A stretch of DNA of 64,000 nt from contig CAWHEP010000008.1 in NCBI GenBank assembly GCA_963828525.1, positions 288,001 to 352,000 of the forward strand, in the 5' to 3' direction. How positions within the stretch are numbered: position 1 is the first letter of the stretch; each line of letters begins with the position of its first letter. The DNA is from an uncultured Verrucomicrobiae bacterium (GTDB lineage Bacteria > Verrucomicrobiota > Verrucomicrobiia > Chthoniobacterales > Chthoniobacteraceae). This document shows positions 14,367 to 24,865 of this stretch, one piece after another. A program made the translations under genes and the position numbers. Below the pieces are notes generated by a model. The model saw only the letters and a program-made list of their open reading frames with translations. It was not told the DNA's origin and searched no databases.

Positions 14367-14368
14367 AC

Positions 14369-15037
14369 TTACGCGCCGTCCCCGCGCGCCCATTCATTGG
14401 CGAAGTGCTGAAGCTCGGTAGCATTCTTGAGGCTTAGCTTCTCCTTGATGCGAGTTCGGTAGGTATCCACTGTCGCCAAGCCCAGGCTGAGGGACGAGGC
14501 GATCTCCTTGGTTGACTTGCCCCCTCCGATCAAGCGCAAGACCTCGAGTTCGCGGTCACTCAGTTTTTCAACAGGCTGCAGACCCGCCGGGCCGCGCTTT
14601 CCACTAAAGCTTTTCAGGAACCTGGACGTCATTTCCTCGCTCAGAAAGACTTCTCCGGCGAGAACGCGCCGGATAGCCGCCATGACCTTCTCGGAAGCTT
14701 CGTCCTTTGTAATGTATCCTCGTCCTCCCGCGCGGAGAACTCGCTCCGCATAGAGGGATTCATCGTGCATGGAGAGCACAAGAACCGGCACATCCAGATT
14801 CTGTGCTTTCATATTTTTGATGAGCTCGAGCCCGCTGGAGCCCTTTAGGGAGATATCCACCACCGCTATGTCCGGCTTTGTCTCGATGACAAGGTCCAGG
14901 GCGGGCCCGATGCTTGCCGCCTGTCCGCACACCTCCATGTCCGGCTCCTGGCCGATAAGATGGGCCAGCCTCTCGCAAAAGAGAGGGTGATCCTCGACGA
15001 TAGCTACTTTGATTTTTCGAACGGAAGTCTCGGACAT
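14369..15037 (-). CDS. NarL/LuxR-family response regulator
   Basis: REC domain (VEDH, VVDIS, LSMH, YITK) plus LuxR HTH (LSDRELEVL..TVDTYRTRIKEKL). Confidence 0.95.
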   Translation of the reverse strand: MSETSVRKIKVAIVEDHPLFCERLAHLIGQEPDMEVCGQAASIGPALDLVIETKPDIAVVDISLKGSSGLELIKNMKAQNLDVPVLVLSMHDESLYAERVLRAGGRGYITKDEASEKVMAAIRRVLAGEVFLSEEMTSRFLKSFSGKRGPAGLQPVEKLSDRELEVLRLIGGGKSTKEIASSLSLGLATVDTYRTRIKEKLSLKNATELQHFANEWARGDGA

Positions 15038-15072
15038 GCTAAGCACTAATGGGGCCATCAATAATTCGGAGA

Positions 15073-16089
15073 TCAACACCTCGCCTGGCGCAGCGACACG
15101 CAGACCCTTGTTCCGCCACCTTCTCCCGGCCCGAAAGTGATCGTGGCGCCAATCGTCCTCGCGCGGTAGCGCATGATGCTGAGACCCATGCCCTCCCCCG
15201 CCTCCGGCGTGGAACCCATGCCAACGCCATCATCTGTGATGGAGAGAACAATCTCCCCTTCCCCCGCTTCGAGCGAAATGTCAATGTGGGTGGGCTTGCC
15301 ATGCTTGATCGCGTTGTTCAGAGCCTCCTGGGTGATTCGGTAAAGGTGATTTGAAGTATTGGCGTCTGGCATGGGCGGCGACGTATTGCATTCGAAAGCG
15401 CAAGGTATTTCCACCAGCCTGCTCGTGCGCGTGGTCAACTCCTGAAGCGCGGACTCGAGTCCATTATCCTCCTTGCGAATGGGAAATAAACCACGCGCCA
15501 GATTCCGCGTTTCTGTGACGCCTTTTTTGATAAGATCCTCAATGTCAGCCGCGGCAGAAATATGGGAAGATCGCTCTACTGACAAGTCTCTTCGCAAGGA
15601 GGCCGCCGCGCAAGCCACCGCCGCGAAATACTGACACAAGCCGTCGTGCAAATCCTGCCCGATCCGCTCCTGCTCGCGTTCGCTGACGCTCAGGATTTCC
15701 CGCTCCAGGCGCCTTGAGCGTTCCAGCAGCGCGATGCGCGCCCATGTCTGATCCCGCTCCGCCTTCATCGCCGCCCCTCCCGATACTATGAAAAGAAACA
15801 TGCAGAGGCGCACGAGAGTCTCCCAACCCTGATGCCAGTTCACAAGATACGGATGCCCCGCCCGAGTGTCCGCCCACCACCAGACGAGGGCGCTTAGTAG
15901 AGCGAAAAAGTACGCCCATTTCCTGTCCACGAACCAAATCACGAACAAAATCGGGATCCCGTAGAACAACGTAAAACTCAGTTCGTACCCGGTGATGAAA
16001 TCCAGAAAGCCGATTACGAGGAGGATCAAGAGGGCCTCCCCCAGGAGGAGCGCTTTTGGCTGCCGCCCGATGCGCGAAACAAAGTCCAT
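15073..16089 (-). CDS. membrane sensor histidine kinase (HisKA_3 type)
   Basis: N-terminal TM helices; RIGQDLHDGLCQ, QEALNNAIKH, DDGVG, GMGL. Confidence 0.93.
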   Translation of the reverse strand: MDFVSRIGRQPKALLLGEALLILLVIGFLDFITGYELSFTLFYGIPILFVIWFVDRKWAYFFALLSALVWWWADTRAGHPYLVNWHQGWETLVRLCMFLFIVSGGAAMKAERDQTWARIALLERSRRLEREILSVSEREQERIGQDLHDGLCQYFAAVACAAASLRRDLSVERSSHISAAADIEDLIKKGVTETRNLARGLFPIRKEDNGLESALQELTTRTSRLVEIPCAFECNTSPPMPDANTSNHLYRITQEALNNAIKHGKPTHIDISLEAGEGEIVLSITDDGVGMGSTPEAGEGMGLSIMRYRARTIGATITFGPGEGGGTRVCVSLRQARC

Positions 16090-16142
16090 GAGCAGAGGGG
16101 TATCCGCAGGTTTCGCGCCATCCCTCTTGTGGCGGGCAGACT

Positions 16143-18299
16143 CTACACTATCCAATTGCGCAGCGCGTACTCGCTGGATGGGGCCGTTAGCTTGATAGGA
16201 TCGTTTTCCGGATAGGATTCGCGCTCGATGCCGTCCTTCAGGATTTGCGCTTTGAAGCTCACAGGGGCATCTTCCCCCACCCCCAGGTCCGCGAGCAAGA
16301 GAGTCCACACAATTGTCTCGCCCGCGACGAGCGTGTCTCGCGAAAGGTCTTTACCGCGAGGTCTCTTGATGGTGAATACCTGTCTGCCTGGAGTTGTTAG
16401 CGCCAGCGTCCGGGCGATGTAGCCAGCAGGTTGTGAGAAATGGATTGCAAGGGATATCCCGGCCCACCGCGAGAGGTCCAGCCGAAGGCACAGGCGAGTA
16501 TCGTCGAAGCCGAAAAGCATCTTCTCGAGTAACCGCTCGGATCGATACATCGCGCCCTGCTCCGCGCCCGCCGTGTAGGAGCCCGCCCCAATCCAGTCGA
16601 AATAGGATCCGCCAGAACCCGTGAGCTTTGGCGAGATGAGATTCTGCGGTTGCTCATAAACCTGCGTGGATCGCGTCCGATTGATGGCCAGATCCAGATT
16701 GGCGGGTGGAACGTCCCCGCAGATGATATAAACATTCTTTAAATGCTGCCGGAATAGCTCGTCGAAGAGATCATCGTTTTCCGTGCTGAAATCCGGCCCA
16801 TACCACCAAAACCAATCGCTGCCTTCAGCCGCGTAAATCTCCTGCAAGGCAGCCTCTTCCTGCTTTTTCTTCAAAGCGCCAGCGTCAAGTCGTCCCTGCA
16901 GAAACTGGCGCGTCTCACCCAGCAGGTCCCACGCTTTGTTCTCCTCCGCTTCGCCGATCCAGATATCGAAGTTGCTGCTGATCCACGAGCCGGTATGGAG
17001 GGTCGTAATCTCGCGGCGGGGAGGATGGTGCTTGAAGTAGGTCTCGATAGTGCAGCTATGCAACCGGTCAGGACTCGCCAGTATGCCTCCATAAAGCGCT
17101 TTGAGGAATGCTTCGCCTCCATCACGGAATGTTTCCCATGCATTCTCCCCGTCCAGCATCAATGGAATCAAACCCGTATCGCGGGGCACGACATCCGCGA
17201 TCTGGTGGAGGTGGTGCAGAAGATGGGCGGCGGCAGCCTCAGGATCATTTTTCGCGGCCATGAACCCGATGAAATCCGAGAGCGGCTTCTCCCTGAATAG
17301 GGCGTTAACGGAAGAGCCAGCAGAGCGCACCTGCCAGCCTTGAAACAGCTCCAGGTGATCTATTCCCGAGTGCTGCCGCGTTACATCCCGCTTGAGAGAA
17401 TTGAAGAGGTTTTCCTCGTCGCTGCAAAAGTATTCTATCCCAGCTTCCTGCATGAGCGGGATCAACTCTGGAGCGATGGACCCCTCCGAAGGCCAAAGCC
17501 CGCGCGGCTTTCTCCCAAATAGGGCGGCGTGCTGCTCTACGGCAAGCCGAAGGTGAGCAGCCGCGTCCTGAGGCCAATGGAAGCGCTTGGGGAACGATCT
17601 GCCCGGCAAACTCCGCTCCGCGAAGGCGGAGTCATACACCAGCGGGAGGATCGGGTGGTAGAAAGGCGTGGTCGTGAGCTCCACCTGGCCCCGGGCCTCG
17701 GCATCCGCGTATTTCCGCAGGACAAGCGCCATGATCTCCAGGTGGATGGCGAGAACCCGTCCCTTTTCCTCTTCGGTGAAGTTGCGCCCTTTCTCCCGGA
17801 GTTCGCGCAGTTCCGGATACAACCGGAAAGCAGTGTAACCGCACCATGCAAGGTTAAACCACACCTGCAGATCCAGAAACTCTTGGGTCGTAAAGTATCG
17901 AAGGCCGCGCCGCACATCATCCCGATAGAGAGTCAGCCCGCGCTTGTTGAGCAACTCCCAATAGCGGGGTTCAGGCTTAAGCAGGTTATCCCAATTGATC
18001 TTGAAGAAATTTTCGAGCAACGAAAACTTTTCGTCATCGTTCAGTTCGGCAGCAGGCTTCCGCGACCAGTCGAGCCACAGGTCCTTGATCTCGCCATCCA
18101 CAAGCTCCTTGACCTGAAGCAGGAGAACCGGTGTGAGGTTAAAGTTAACCCGAATGCCGGGGAACTCCTCGATTACCGAAACCATGTCGAGATAGCCTTT
18201 GACGCAATGAAGACGCACCCAGGGCATCATCGCGGTCCTCGTCACAGGATTGACGTAGTACGGCTGGTGCATGTGCCATAGGAAAACAACGTTCGCCAC
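16143..18299 (-). CDS. glycoside hydrolase family 57 (amylopullulanase-like)
   Basis: WHMHQP, YHPILPL, GLWPSEG, LDGENAWE, AEGSDWFWW. Confidence 0.93.
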   Translation of the reverse strand: MANVVFLWHMHQPYYVNPVTRTAMMPWVRLHCVKGYLDMVSVIEEFPGIRVNFNLTPVLLLQVKELVDGEIKDLWLDWSRKPAAELNDDEKFSLLENFFKINWDNLLKPEPRYWELLNKRGLTLYRDDVRRGLRYFTTQEFLDLQVWFNLAWCGYTAFRLYPELRELREKGRNFTEEEKGRVLAIHLEIMALVLRKYADAEARGQVELTTTPFYHPILPLVYDSAFAERSLPGRSFPKRFHWPQDAAAHLRLAVEQHAALFGRKPRGLWPSEGSIAPELIPLMQEAGIEYFCSDEENLFNSLKRDVTRQHSGIDHLELFQGWQVRSAGSSVNALFREKPLSDFIGFMAAKNDPEAAAAHLLHHLHQIADVVPRDTGLIPLMLDGENAWETFRDGGEAFLKALYGGILASPDRLHSCTIETYFKHHPPRREITTLHTGSWISSNFDIWIGEAEENKAWDLLGETRQFLQGRLDAGALKKKQEEAALQEIYAAEGSDWFWWYGPDFSTENDDLFDELFRQHLKNVYIICGDVPPANLDLAINRTRSTQVYEQPQNLISPKLTGSGGSYFDWIGAGSYTAGAEQGAMYRSERLLEKMLFGFDDTRLCLRLDLSRWAGISLAIHFSQPAGYIARTLALTTPGRQVFTIKRPRGKDLSRDTLVAGETIVWTLLLADLGVGEDAPVSFKAQILKDGIERESYPENDPIKLTAPSSEYALRNWIV

Positions 18300-18431
18300 A
18301 CCGCATCCCTATCAGGAGACCGGAAGAAGGCAATTTCCGATTTGCAAGGAAGTCGTGACATAAAGTGCCTCAAACCTCCGGCAGACAAAAAGAAAGGCGT
18401 CCTCCCTGCTACCGGGTTTAGATTCATACCA

Positions 18432-19595
18432 ATGCCCGCAGTTTCCCAACGCCCGATGACAATCCTTGTAGCCGATGACGACTCGCTTAGCCGGAAGCTT
18501 CTGGCGCGTCATCTTCAAGGTCGCGGGTTCGAAGTTCTTGAATGCGGCACTGGAGCTGAAGCCCTGCGGATCCTCGAAGAGATGCGAGTGTCCCTGCTTG
18601 TTCTGGACTACGAAATGCCGGGCCTGAGCGGTCCACAGGTTTGCGCTAAAATCCGGGAACAACCCCATCTGGCCCAGATACCCATCATTCTTCTGACGGC
18701 GCATGCCGGGGATGAGCACGAGGTGGAGTCGTTAGAAGCTGGGGCAAACGACTTCGTGACAAAGCCTGTGAATCTGGCCGTGCTGAAAGCCCGGATCGAT
18801 ACCCACCTGGGATTATTCTCAATGCGAGAGCAGCTGAAAGACCAGAATGACGAACTGGAGAAATGGCGGCGGGATCACGAGCTAGATCTGGAAGCGGCGC
18901 GGCTGACACAGCAGGCGATCCTTCCGCAGCGTGTCCCCAGCCTTGCGGGTTGGAGTTTCGCATCCACTTTCCGGCCTTTGATCCAGGTGGGAGGCGATAT
19001 GTACGACTGGCTGCTCCTTTCGGACGACAGGCTGCTGCTCTGGATTTCCGACGCAACGGGTCATGGAGTAAGCGCTGCTCTCTTCACGACCCTTGCAAAG
19101 CTCCTTTTCCGCCACGCGGGCGGTGAGCATACTTCTCCTGCCGCGATCATGGACCAGGTCAATCGTGAATTTTTCGCGATTTTCAAAGGCCGCTCTTACA
19201 TGACCGGCGCGTGCGTCGCCCTGCACCGCGGCTCTGGAGAAGTTACTTTTGCCGGAGCGGGGCATCCCCCTTTGCTGATCGTGCGATCGGGGGGCCTCGT
19301 CGAGGCGATGGAGTCGTATTCACCTCCTCTCGGCATCCGGAGTGATTCTTCCCAGCAGGATTCCACCGGCCAGCTCGGGCAGAACGACGCGCTGCTCCTT
19401 TACACCGACGGGCTGTACGGAACGAGCAACTCGGAGGGCGAACGGCTCACCCATGTGGAGATGGCGGAGTTGGCAAGTCCCGCGAACCAGTCCGCCGAGC
19501 AGTTTCTCGATCGTCTGGTTTCCAATATTAATGCGTGCTCAGGCGGCAACGCGTTCTCGGATGACATCGCGGCTGTGGCGGCGGTTCGTGGCTGA
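18432..19595 (+). CDS. response regulator with PP2C/SpoIIE phosphatase domain (RsbU-like)
   Basis: REC domain followed by VGGD, DATGHG, AGHPP, YTDG, DDI. Confidence 0.93.
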   Translation: MPAVSQRPMTILVADDDSLSRKLLARHLQGRGFEVLECGTGAEALRILEEMRVSLLVLDYEMPGLSGPQVCAKIREQPHLAQIPIILLTAHAGDEHEVESLEAGANDFVTKPVNLAVLKARIDTHLGLFSMREQLKDQNDELEKWRRDHELDLEAARLTQQAILPQRVPSLAGWSFASTFRPLIQVGGDMYDWLLLSDDRLLLWISDATGHGVSAALFTTLAKLLFRHAGGEHTSPAAIMDQVNREFFAIFKGRSYMTGACVALHRGSGEVTFAGAGHPPLLIVRSGGLVEAMESYSPPLGIRSDSSQQDSTGQLGQNDALLLYTDGLYGTSNSEGERLTHVEMAELASPANQSAEQFLDRLVSNINACSGGNAFSDDIAAVAAVRG

Positions 19596-19781
19596 TAGGC
19601 GGGAGTCGCGGGCAGAGTCGGTGCCCCCCTAAGGCTCTTTTCCATGTCTTCCTGCCAGCAAGCTCCCGGTCTCCCGCTGGGAAATATGCTATTCCAGCAG
19701 GAAAAACTTGCATCCCATGGCGAAAAGGAGAATATATCGGCGACCATACCCCATTACCTCGTGCTTTAAAGTATTTCCATT

Positions 19782-21224
19782 ATGACGAAACGCCCTTTTA
19801 CCTCTTTCAGGACATGCATTTCCGTGCTTTCCGGAATCAGTCTTCTTTTCACCGCCCAAGCTGCTTTGGCCGATACTGCCGCTCAGACGGCGATTAAGAA
19901 GAACCTCGGGAACCTTCTCATCACGTCACCGCAGACGCCAGACTCCGTTCTGCTTTCGGCGATCATTATGGCCGCTCAGCAGAATCCGACCATGGCTGCT
20001 GCGATCGCGTCCGCTGCCCTCACGCCGGTCTCTTCCGAAGGAAACAAGGTTCGTTTCGATAGCGCTGTTTTGTCGCCAACCATTACGTTGGACGTCCTTT
20101 CCGCTCTTCATCTTACCTCCCTTCCCGCTGTTCAGAACGTCACCACCTCGGTGATTTCCAGCCTCATCAGCAACGCGCTCCCATCCCAGATGGGGCCGAC
20201 GATCGCGACGTTCGTTGGTCAGGTCACTGGCGCTGCCGCTAGTCAACTTACAAGCACTTCGGCGCGAACGAGTCTTGCCAATAGCGAAATCAGTGGATTT
20301 CAGTCAGCCGATCCTTTTGTCCAGACCGGAATCGCGCAAGCGCTTGTTCCAATCGTTCGTTCTTCCGACACCACGACGTTTGCGAACCTTCATTCCTTTG
20401 AGAATGGCATTCTCGCCGGACGCTCCGTGTTCTCAAAGGATGCGATTACACAGGGACTGGTAAAAGGCGATCCAGCCGATGCGCAGCAGATCGTTTCGTT
20501 TGCTCTTGGCGTGGACGCCACCAATCCAAATGGAATCTCAGCGGCATTTCTGCCGACATTCCTGAGCGATATCACGGTAGCCAACAGCGCTCCCCTCTCC
20601 TCACCACGCCCGGTTAGCTTTGATCAGATAAGCGGCATTCTGGTCGGCGCCATGCCCCAGTTGTCAAACCTGAATGAGATCGCCGCCGTCGCGACCCGAT
20701 TCGGGCAGGATTTCGCTCAGCGCAAACTCGATGTTGGCGACATCAACCCCATCGCGGATCGTCTAGCCAACGATATCTTCATTGCAACGGCAGGTAACCA
20801 GTCGGCGCGGGACGCCGCAATTGCCGCTCTCGTTGGCACTTTGGATATCGGACTCGTTCAGCGTAATGATTTCACCGGACCCACATCGCAGTCCGCCTTC
20901 GAGCAGATGGAAACGAAGAACGCTGAGCTGGCACTCATCGAAGTTGCTGATCGCCTGGCAAAGCTCGATCCTTCGGCCGCCCCTCTCATTGCTGGGCAGG
21001 TCACCCAAATATTCAACGCTCCCGGAATGAAGTCGTCCCGCCTCGCCAACAGCCAAGCCACAGCAACGGAAATGGCGCTAATTGCCAAGCTGCTGAGCGA
21101 CCTCAAACAGATCGACCCCACTCAGCAGGGGCAAATCCAAATGGCGTCGAACAATGCCCGCTCCAGTCAAACAGCTTCCCCCATCGGATTTCCAGGTTAC
21201 GAGTCCGCTGACGAGAACGAGTAG
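19782..21224 (+). CDS. secreted Ala/Ser/Thr-rich hypothetical protein
   Basis: 480-aa ORF with a signal peptide (AQAALA-D), no catalytic motif recognised, followed by a terminator. Confidence 0.75.
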   Translation: MTKRPFTSFRTCISVLSGISLLFTAQAALADTAAQTAIKKNLGNLLITSPQTPDSVLLSAIIMAAQQNPTMAAAIASAALTPVSSEGNKVRFDSAVLSPTITLDVLSALHLTSLPAVQNVTTSVISSLISNALPSQMGPTIATFVGQVTGAAASQLTSTSARTSLANSEISGFQSADPFVQTGIAQALVPIVRSSDTTTFANLHSFENGILAGRSVFSKDAITQGLVKGDPADAQQIVSFALGVDATNPNGISAAFLPTFLSDITVANSAPLSSPRPVSFDQISGILVGAMPQLSNLNEIAAVATRFGQDFAQRKLDVGDINPIADRLANDIFIATAGNQSARDAAIAALVGTLDIGLVQRNDFTGPTSQSAFEQMETKNAELALIEVADRLAKLDPSAAPLIAGQVTQIFNAPGMKSSRLANSQATATEMALIAKLLSDLKQIDPTQQGQIQMASNNARSSQTASPIGFPGYESADENE

Positions 21225-21249
21225 ACCATCGGCGAGTCTTTTGTGAAAG

Positions 21250-21279
21250 ACCCAGAGGGCGTTCCCCTCTGGGTTTTTT
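21250..21279 (+). terminator. Rho-independent terminator
   Basis: Stem ACCCAGAGGG/CCCTCTGGGT with a 5-nt loop and T-tract, lying between convergent genes. Confidence 0.85.
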
Positions 21280-21290
21280 ATTTGTTGGAA

Positions 21291-21363
<73 letters not shown>

Positions 21364-21597
21364 GTAACGCCCTGACTGTAAGTCACTTGAAGCATTGCGC
21401 AAATATCGACTTTCATACGATTTCTAAACGTGTACGCAACGTCACACGGCATCTTTCTCATGAAAACCACAAAGTGGCTGGAGCAAGGACGATAGAATGT
21501 GTTGAGATAAGTTCCACCTATTTGGGGGAATGCCAACGTGAGGCATCCCTCGGAAAGTTCTGCTTCCCGCCGCTGAGCCTGACGCTACGTTTTAGCC

Positions 21598-23055
21598 ATG
21601 GACACGGCAATCACCCATGACACGGGGCGGGAATTCCCCGAAGTAGCTCCGTGGATGAACCGGCTTTTTCCGCCCGTCGGTTTGGGCACGATCGGCGCCG
21701 CATGTCTCCTCGTTTACGGAGCGATGGACCTGTTCTTTGCGCGTTATGCCTTTTCCGCCCATCGCCTCCTGGTCGAGCCTTTTCTTTGGGGCGCGGTGAT
21801 CTCGCTGGTGTGGCTTTATCTTGCGGGGATGCGCGCCCTGCAAAAACCGCATCATACGGATTTCAGAATCATCGTCTTGGTTGGAGCGTGTTCGGTACTG
21901 CTCGCCGCAGCAATACCCCCTTTCGACGCAATGGATCTCTTTGCCTACGTGAACGCCGGCTGGTTGCAGGCCCATTACGAACTTAACCCCTACGTCTCCG
22001 TGGTTGGGGATGTTCCCGGATGGCAGACGCAGCCGATCTTTTCCGCTTATTACGCGGACACTCCCTTTGTTTACGGCTTTGTATTCGCATGGGTTTGCAA
22101 GTGGATCTGCCGGTTAGGTCACGGTTCCTTGCCATTCACCATTGCCCTGTTTAAAGCTGCCTGCCTTTTCGCATTTGGCATGGCCGGCTGCCTGGTCTAT
22201 GCAAGCGCCAAAGCGTTAAAGATTCCCCGCCCCGAGCTATCGCTCCATCTGTTTCTCTGGAACCCGCTCCTCCTCCTCCAGTTCATCAGCAACGCGCATA
22301 ACGACGTCTTCATGACTCTGTTTCTCGTATTGGCGCTTTACCTTGTCATCATCGACCGGTGGCTTTGGGTGTTTCCGGCGCTCATGGTTAGCGTAATGAT
22401 CAAGCTGATCAGTATCATCGTCGTTCCGTTCGTCGTCGTTTACTGTTTCAAGCAGAAACGCCATCGCACCGGACTTGTCGGCATCCTCATCGCCTCCGTG
22501 GGATTATTCCTGGTAAGCGCTCCCTATCTTTCCGAATTCCAACATTTCCGTTTCGCGGAAATTTCTGCCCAACTCGCCCTCACCAATGGCTCCTTATTCC
22601 AGACCCTGTCGGAAAGCTACATCCTGCTAATCCACCTCATCCCCTCGATTGCGCCCGGCCTGAAAAGCTTCCAACTCCTTGCGCAGTGGACATCGATTGC
22701 CGCATTTGCGGTAGTCTGCGCCGTCTGCTTTTATCAAGCCGCGCGCGCCGAAAAATTCTCCATTTCGGACCTGATCAGTACGTGCCTCATGCTGGCCATC
22801 CTCCTGATCTGCGTGGTAAGCGCGAAATTTTTTTCATGGTATCTCGGAATCCTGGTCCCCCTTGCGCTTTTTCTTCCGCAAGGACATTGGCTCCGGGTTA
22901 TGACCATCACCCTCTCATGCTTCCACATGCTCTCCTTCACCGCGCTGGCCCACATGCATTTCTTGAATTTCTTGATCATGACCGCGATCCCAATTGCCTG
23001 GACAATCCGGACCCGCTTCCCCCCCGCTAAGGAGGCAACCGCGCACAACCCGTGA
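21598..23055 (+). CDS. polyprenol-phosphate-sugar-dependent GT-C glycosyltransferase (MptA/MptB-like)
   Basis: DLFAY..G..NPY, PFVYG, WNPLLLLQFISNAHND; multiple TM helices. Confidence 0.8.
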   Translation: MDTAITHDTGREFPEVAPWMNRLFPPVGLGTIGAACLLVYGAMDLFFARYAFSAHRLLVEPFLWGAVISLVWLYLAGMRALQKPHHTDFRIIVLVGACSVLLAAAIPPFDAMDLFAYVNAGWLQAHYELNPYVSVVGDVPGWQTQPIFSAYYADTPFVYGFVFAWVCKWICRLGHGSLPFTIALFKAACLFAFGMAGCLVYASAKALKIPRPELSLHLFLWNPLLLLQFISNAHNDVFMTLFLVLALYLVIIDRWLWVFPALMVSVMIKLISIIVVPFVVVYCFKQKRHRTGLVGILIASVGLFLVSAPYLSEFQHFRFAEISAQLALTNGSLFQTLSESYILLIHLIPSIAPGLKSFQLLAQWTSIAAFAVVCAVCFYQAARAEKFSISDLISTCLMLAILLICVVSAKFFSWYLGILVPLALFLPQGHWLRVMTITLSCFHMLSFTALAHMHFLNFLIMTAIPIAWTIRTRFPPAKEATAHNP

Positions 23056-23089
23056 CGGCTAGGCGCCGCCCGACCCGCCTACGACTTTT

Positions 23090-23812
23090 CTACGAACTTC
23101 CCATGTTGAACTTTCCTGCAAGTTTGAAGCGAATGGGAATTTCTATCTTCCACGAAACGCTTACTCCGTTGGCGTTGGCGGGTTGAAACTTCCATGCGTG
23201 CACCGCGCTGGCAGCCGCCCTATCGAGAACACCAAAACCCGAACTGTGAGCTATCGCGATCATTTGCGCCCTGCCTTCCGCATTCACAACCACCGTCAAG
23301 ATCGTCACCCCACTGAGCTTTTGAGCGCTTGCCGCATCGGGATAAGCTGGTGGCGGGTTAAAAAGGTATCGCGGAGCGCTCGTGCCCATACCGCTTCCAG
23401 AAAACCTCTCCGCGATCCTACCGCCCTGCTGACGAGCGAGGCTTGCGCTGCGCCGTTGCGATCCGCCTTTCAGGATCGGATTCACTGCGCTCGCCATAGC
23501 CGAGTCTCTGTTCCGGCCGGGAGACGCGGGTATCACGGCACCCGGTTTATACGCTGAGTCATCCGCTGGCTCCGTCACCACTGGAGCCTGCGCCAAAATT
23601 GGGCGCGTTTCGCCCGATGGGGGTGGTGAAATGACGGCTGACGGCCCCATTGGCGATACCCCGGGAACAACGGATAACTGGAGCGCCGGGTTTATTCCTC
23701 CCGTCGCATCTGACGAAGTGCGGGGAGGCGCAAACACGCACATCGCCCCAACCAGCGCCGCATGAATAGCAATCGAGCCGCACACCGCCAAGGCTGACGC
23801 CCCTCTGATCAT
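23090..23812 (-). CDS. tonB: energy transducer TonB
   Basis: SIAIH TM anchor, Pro-rich linker, PPAYP..G..SSG..LDRAA..W.F.PA C-terminal domain; ATGA overlap with the upstream gene. Confidence 0.88.
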   Translation of the reverse strand: MIRGASALAVCGSIAIHAALVGAMCVFAPPRTSSDATGGINPALQLSVVPGVSPMGPSAVISPPPSGETRPILAQAPVVTEPADDSAYKPGAVIPASPGRNRDSAMASAVNPILKGGSQRRSASLARQQGGRIAERFSGSGMGTSAPRYLFNPPPAYPDAASAQKLSGVTILTVVVNAEGRAQMIAIAHSSGFGVLDRAAASAVHAWKFQPANANGVSVSWKIEIPIRFKLAGKFNMGSS

Positions 23813-24702
23813 TGCCCCCGAAGCGACACCGGCGCATAGTGATTTTTGCCTGGGCCGAAATCGATTCCGAAAATCAGGTAAGCCTCCACACCGGGCGCGT
23901 CGTGTGTCACGCCAAACAGGGGCACCAGATCGATATGGCACCACGGAGCAGGCCGCGCTTGCAAACTGGGGCCAATCAAAAACCTGTTCTCACCCGGACT
24001 GCCGCTGGCCTTGTCGTGCTCGTATTCCATTTCGATGCCCGCGCTCAATTTTTCGTCGATGAGCGTGTAACTAAATCCCTGGCTGAAGCCCAAGGCGGTG
24101 TTTTTAGCGTGGCTTAGCTCCTGTTCGTCAATCAGATTAAAACCCCAGTGCAGCCGTGGGGTGATGTCCGTGCCAAGCAGAAGCTTGCCCTCCGCCGTGT
24201 TGGCTCCGCGATTGACTGTAGCATATTCAAAATAGAGCGTCGGATTCAGGGGAATGTGGCCCCAATCGGCGAAGGCCCACCGCACTTCAGCCGAATATTC
24301 GTCCTGGTTGGCCCGGCGATGTTCGTCAACCTTCCACGTCTCATAAAGATCGAGTTGAAACCGGTATGGCAGCCCGATCTCAACCTCCTCCTGAAAGCGC
24401 GTCTCAGCCGTGCCGTCACGGAACGAACGATGTCGTACCCATTGTTCAAACCCAACGTCACCTGGCCCTTGTTGCAGATAGACACGCGTGGTGGGAAAGC
24501 GACGCTCTCCGGTCCACTCAGGCGCTTTATAAGCCCCGGCGGGAGCGTCTTCTCCAAGTTCGGCAGCCGTAGCTGTCACCTCTGGCAAGCGCGTCACCTC
24601 GCCTTGCTCCCCATGCGCAGGCGTAAATGCAAAAAGTGCCATCACCAGCATTGTGGCGAGGGACAACGCGCGACTTGGGAAGCGAAAGAATAGGGCAGAC
24701 AT
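23809..24702 (-). CDS. putative small outer-membrane beta-barrel protein (start 24702 or 24651)
   Basis: Signal peptide (FAFTPAHG), alternating aromatic/polar strands, late YLIFGIDF strand. Confidence 0.7.
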   Translation of the reverse strand: MSALFFRFPSRALSLATMLVMALFAFTPAHGEQGEVTRLPEVTATAAELGEDAPAGAYKAPEWTGERRFPTTRVYLQQGPGDVGFEQWVRHRSFRDGTAETRFQEEVEIGLPYRFQLDLYETWKVDEHRRANQDEYSAEVRWAFADWGHIPLNPTLYFEYATVNRGANTAEGKLLLGTDITPRLHWGFNLIDEQELSHAKNTALGFSQGFSYTLIDEKLSAGIEMEYEHDKASGSPGENRFLIGPSLQARPAPWCHIDLVPLFGVTHDAPGVEAYLIFGIDFGPGKNHYAPVSLRGQ

Positions 24703-24865
24703 ACAAGACACGCCTTTTAGCAGCCCGAGCCGCTTTACGCAACTTCGAACCCAAAGGCAGGCGGCGACCACTAAGCTGGAAGGGGCCGCAGTGGCTTCCG
24801 CCGGAGCCTGGATACCCTGCCGGAAAGCTGAAATTGGCGCTCAGAATTGCAAAGCTTGTTGGGCG

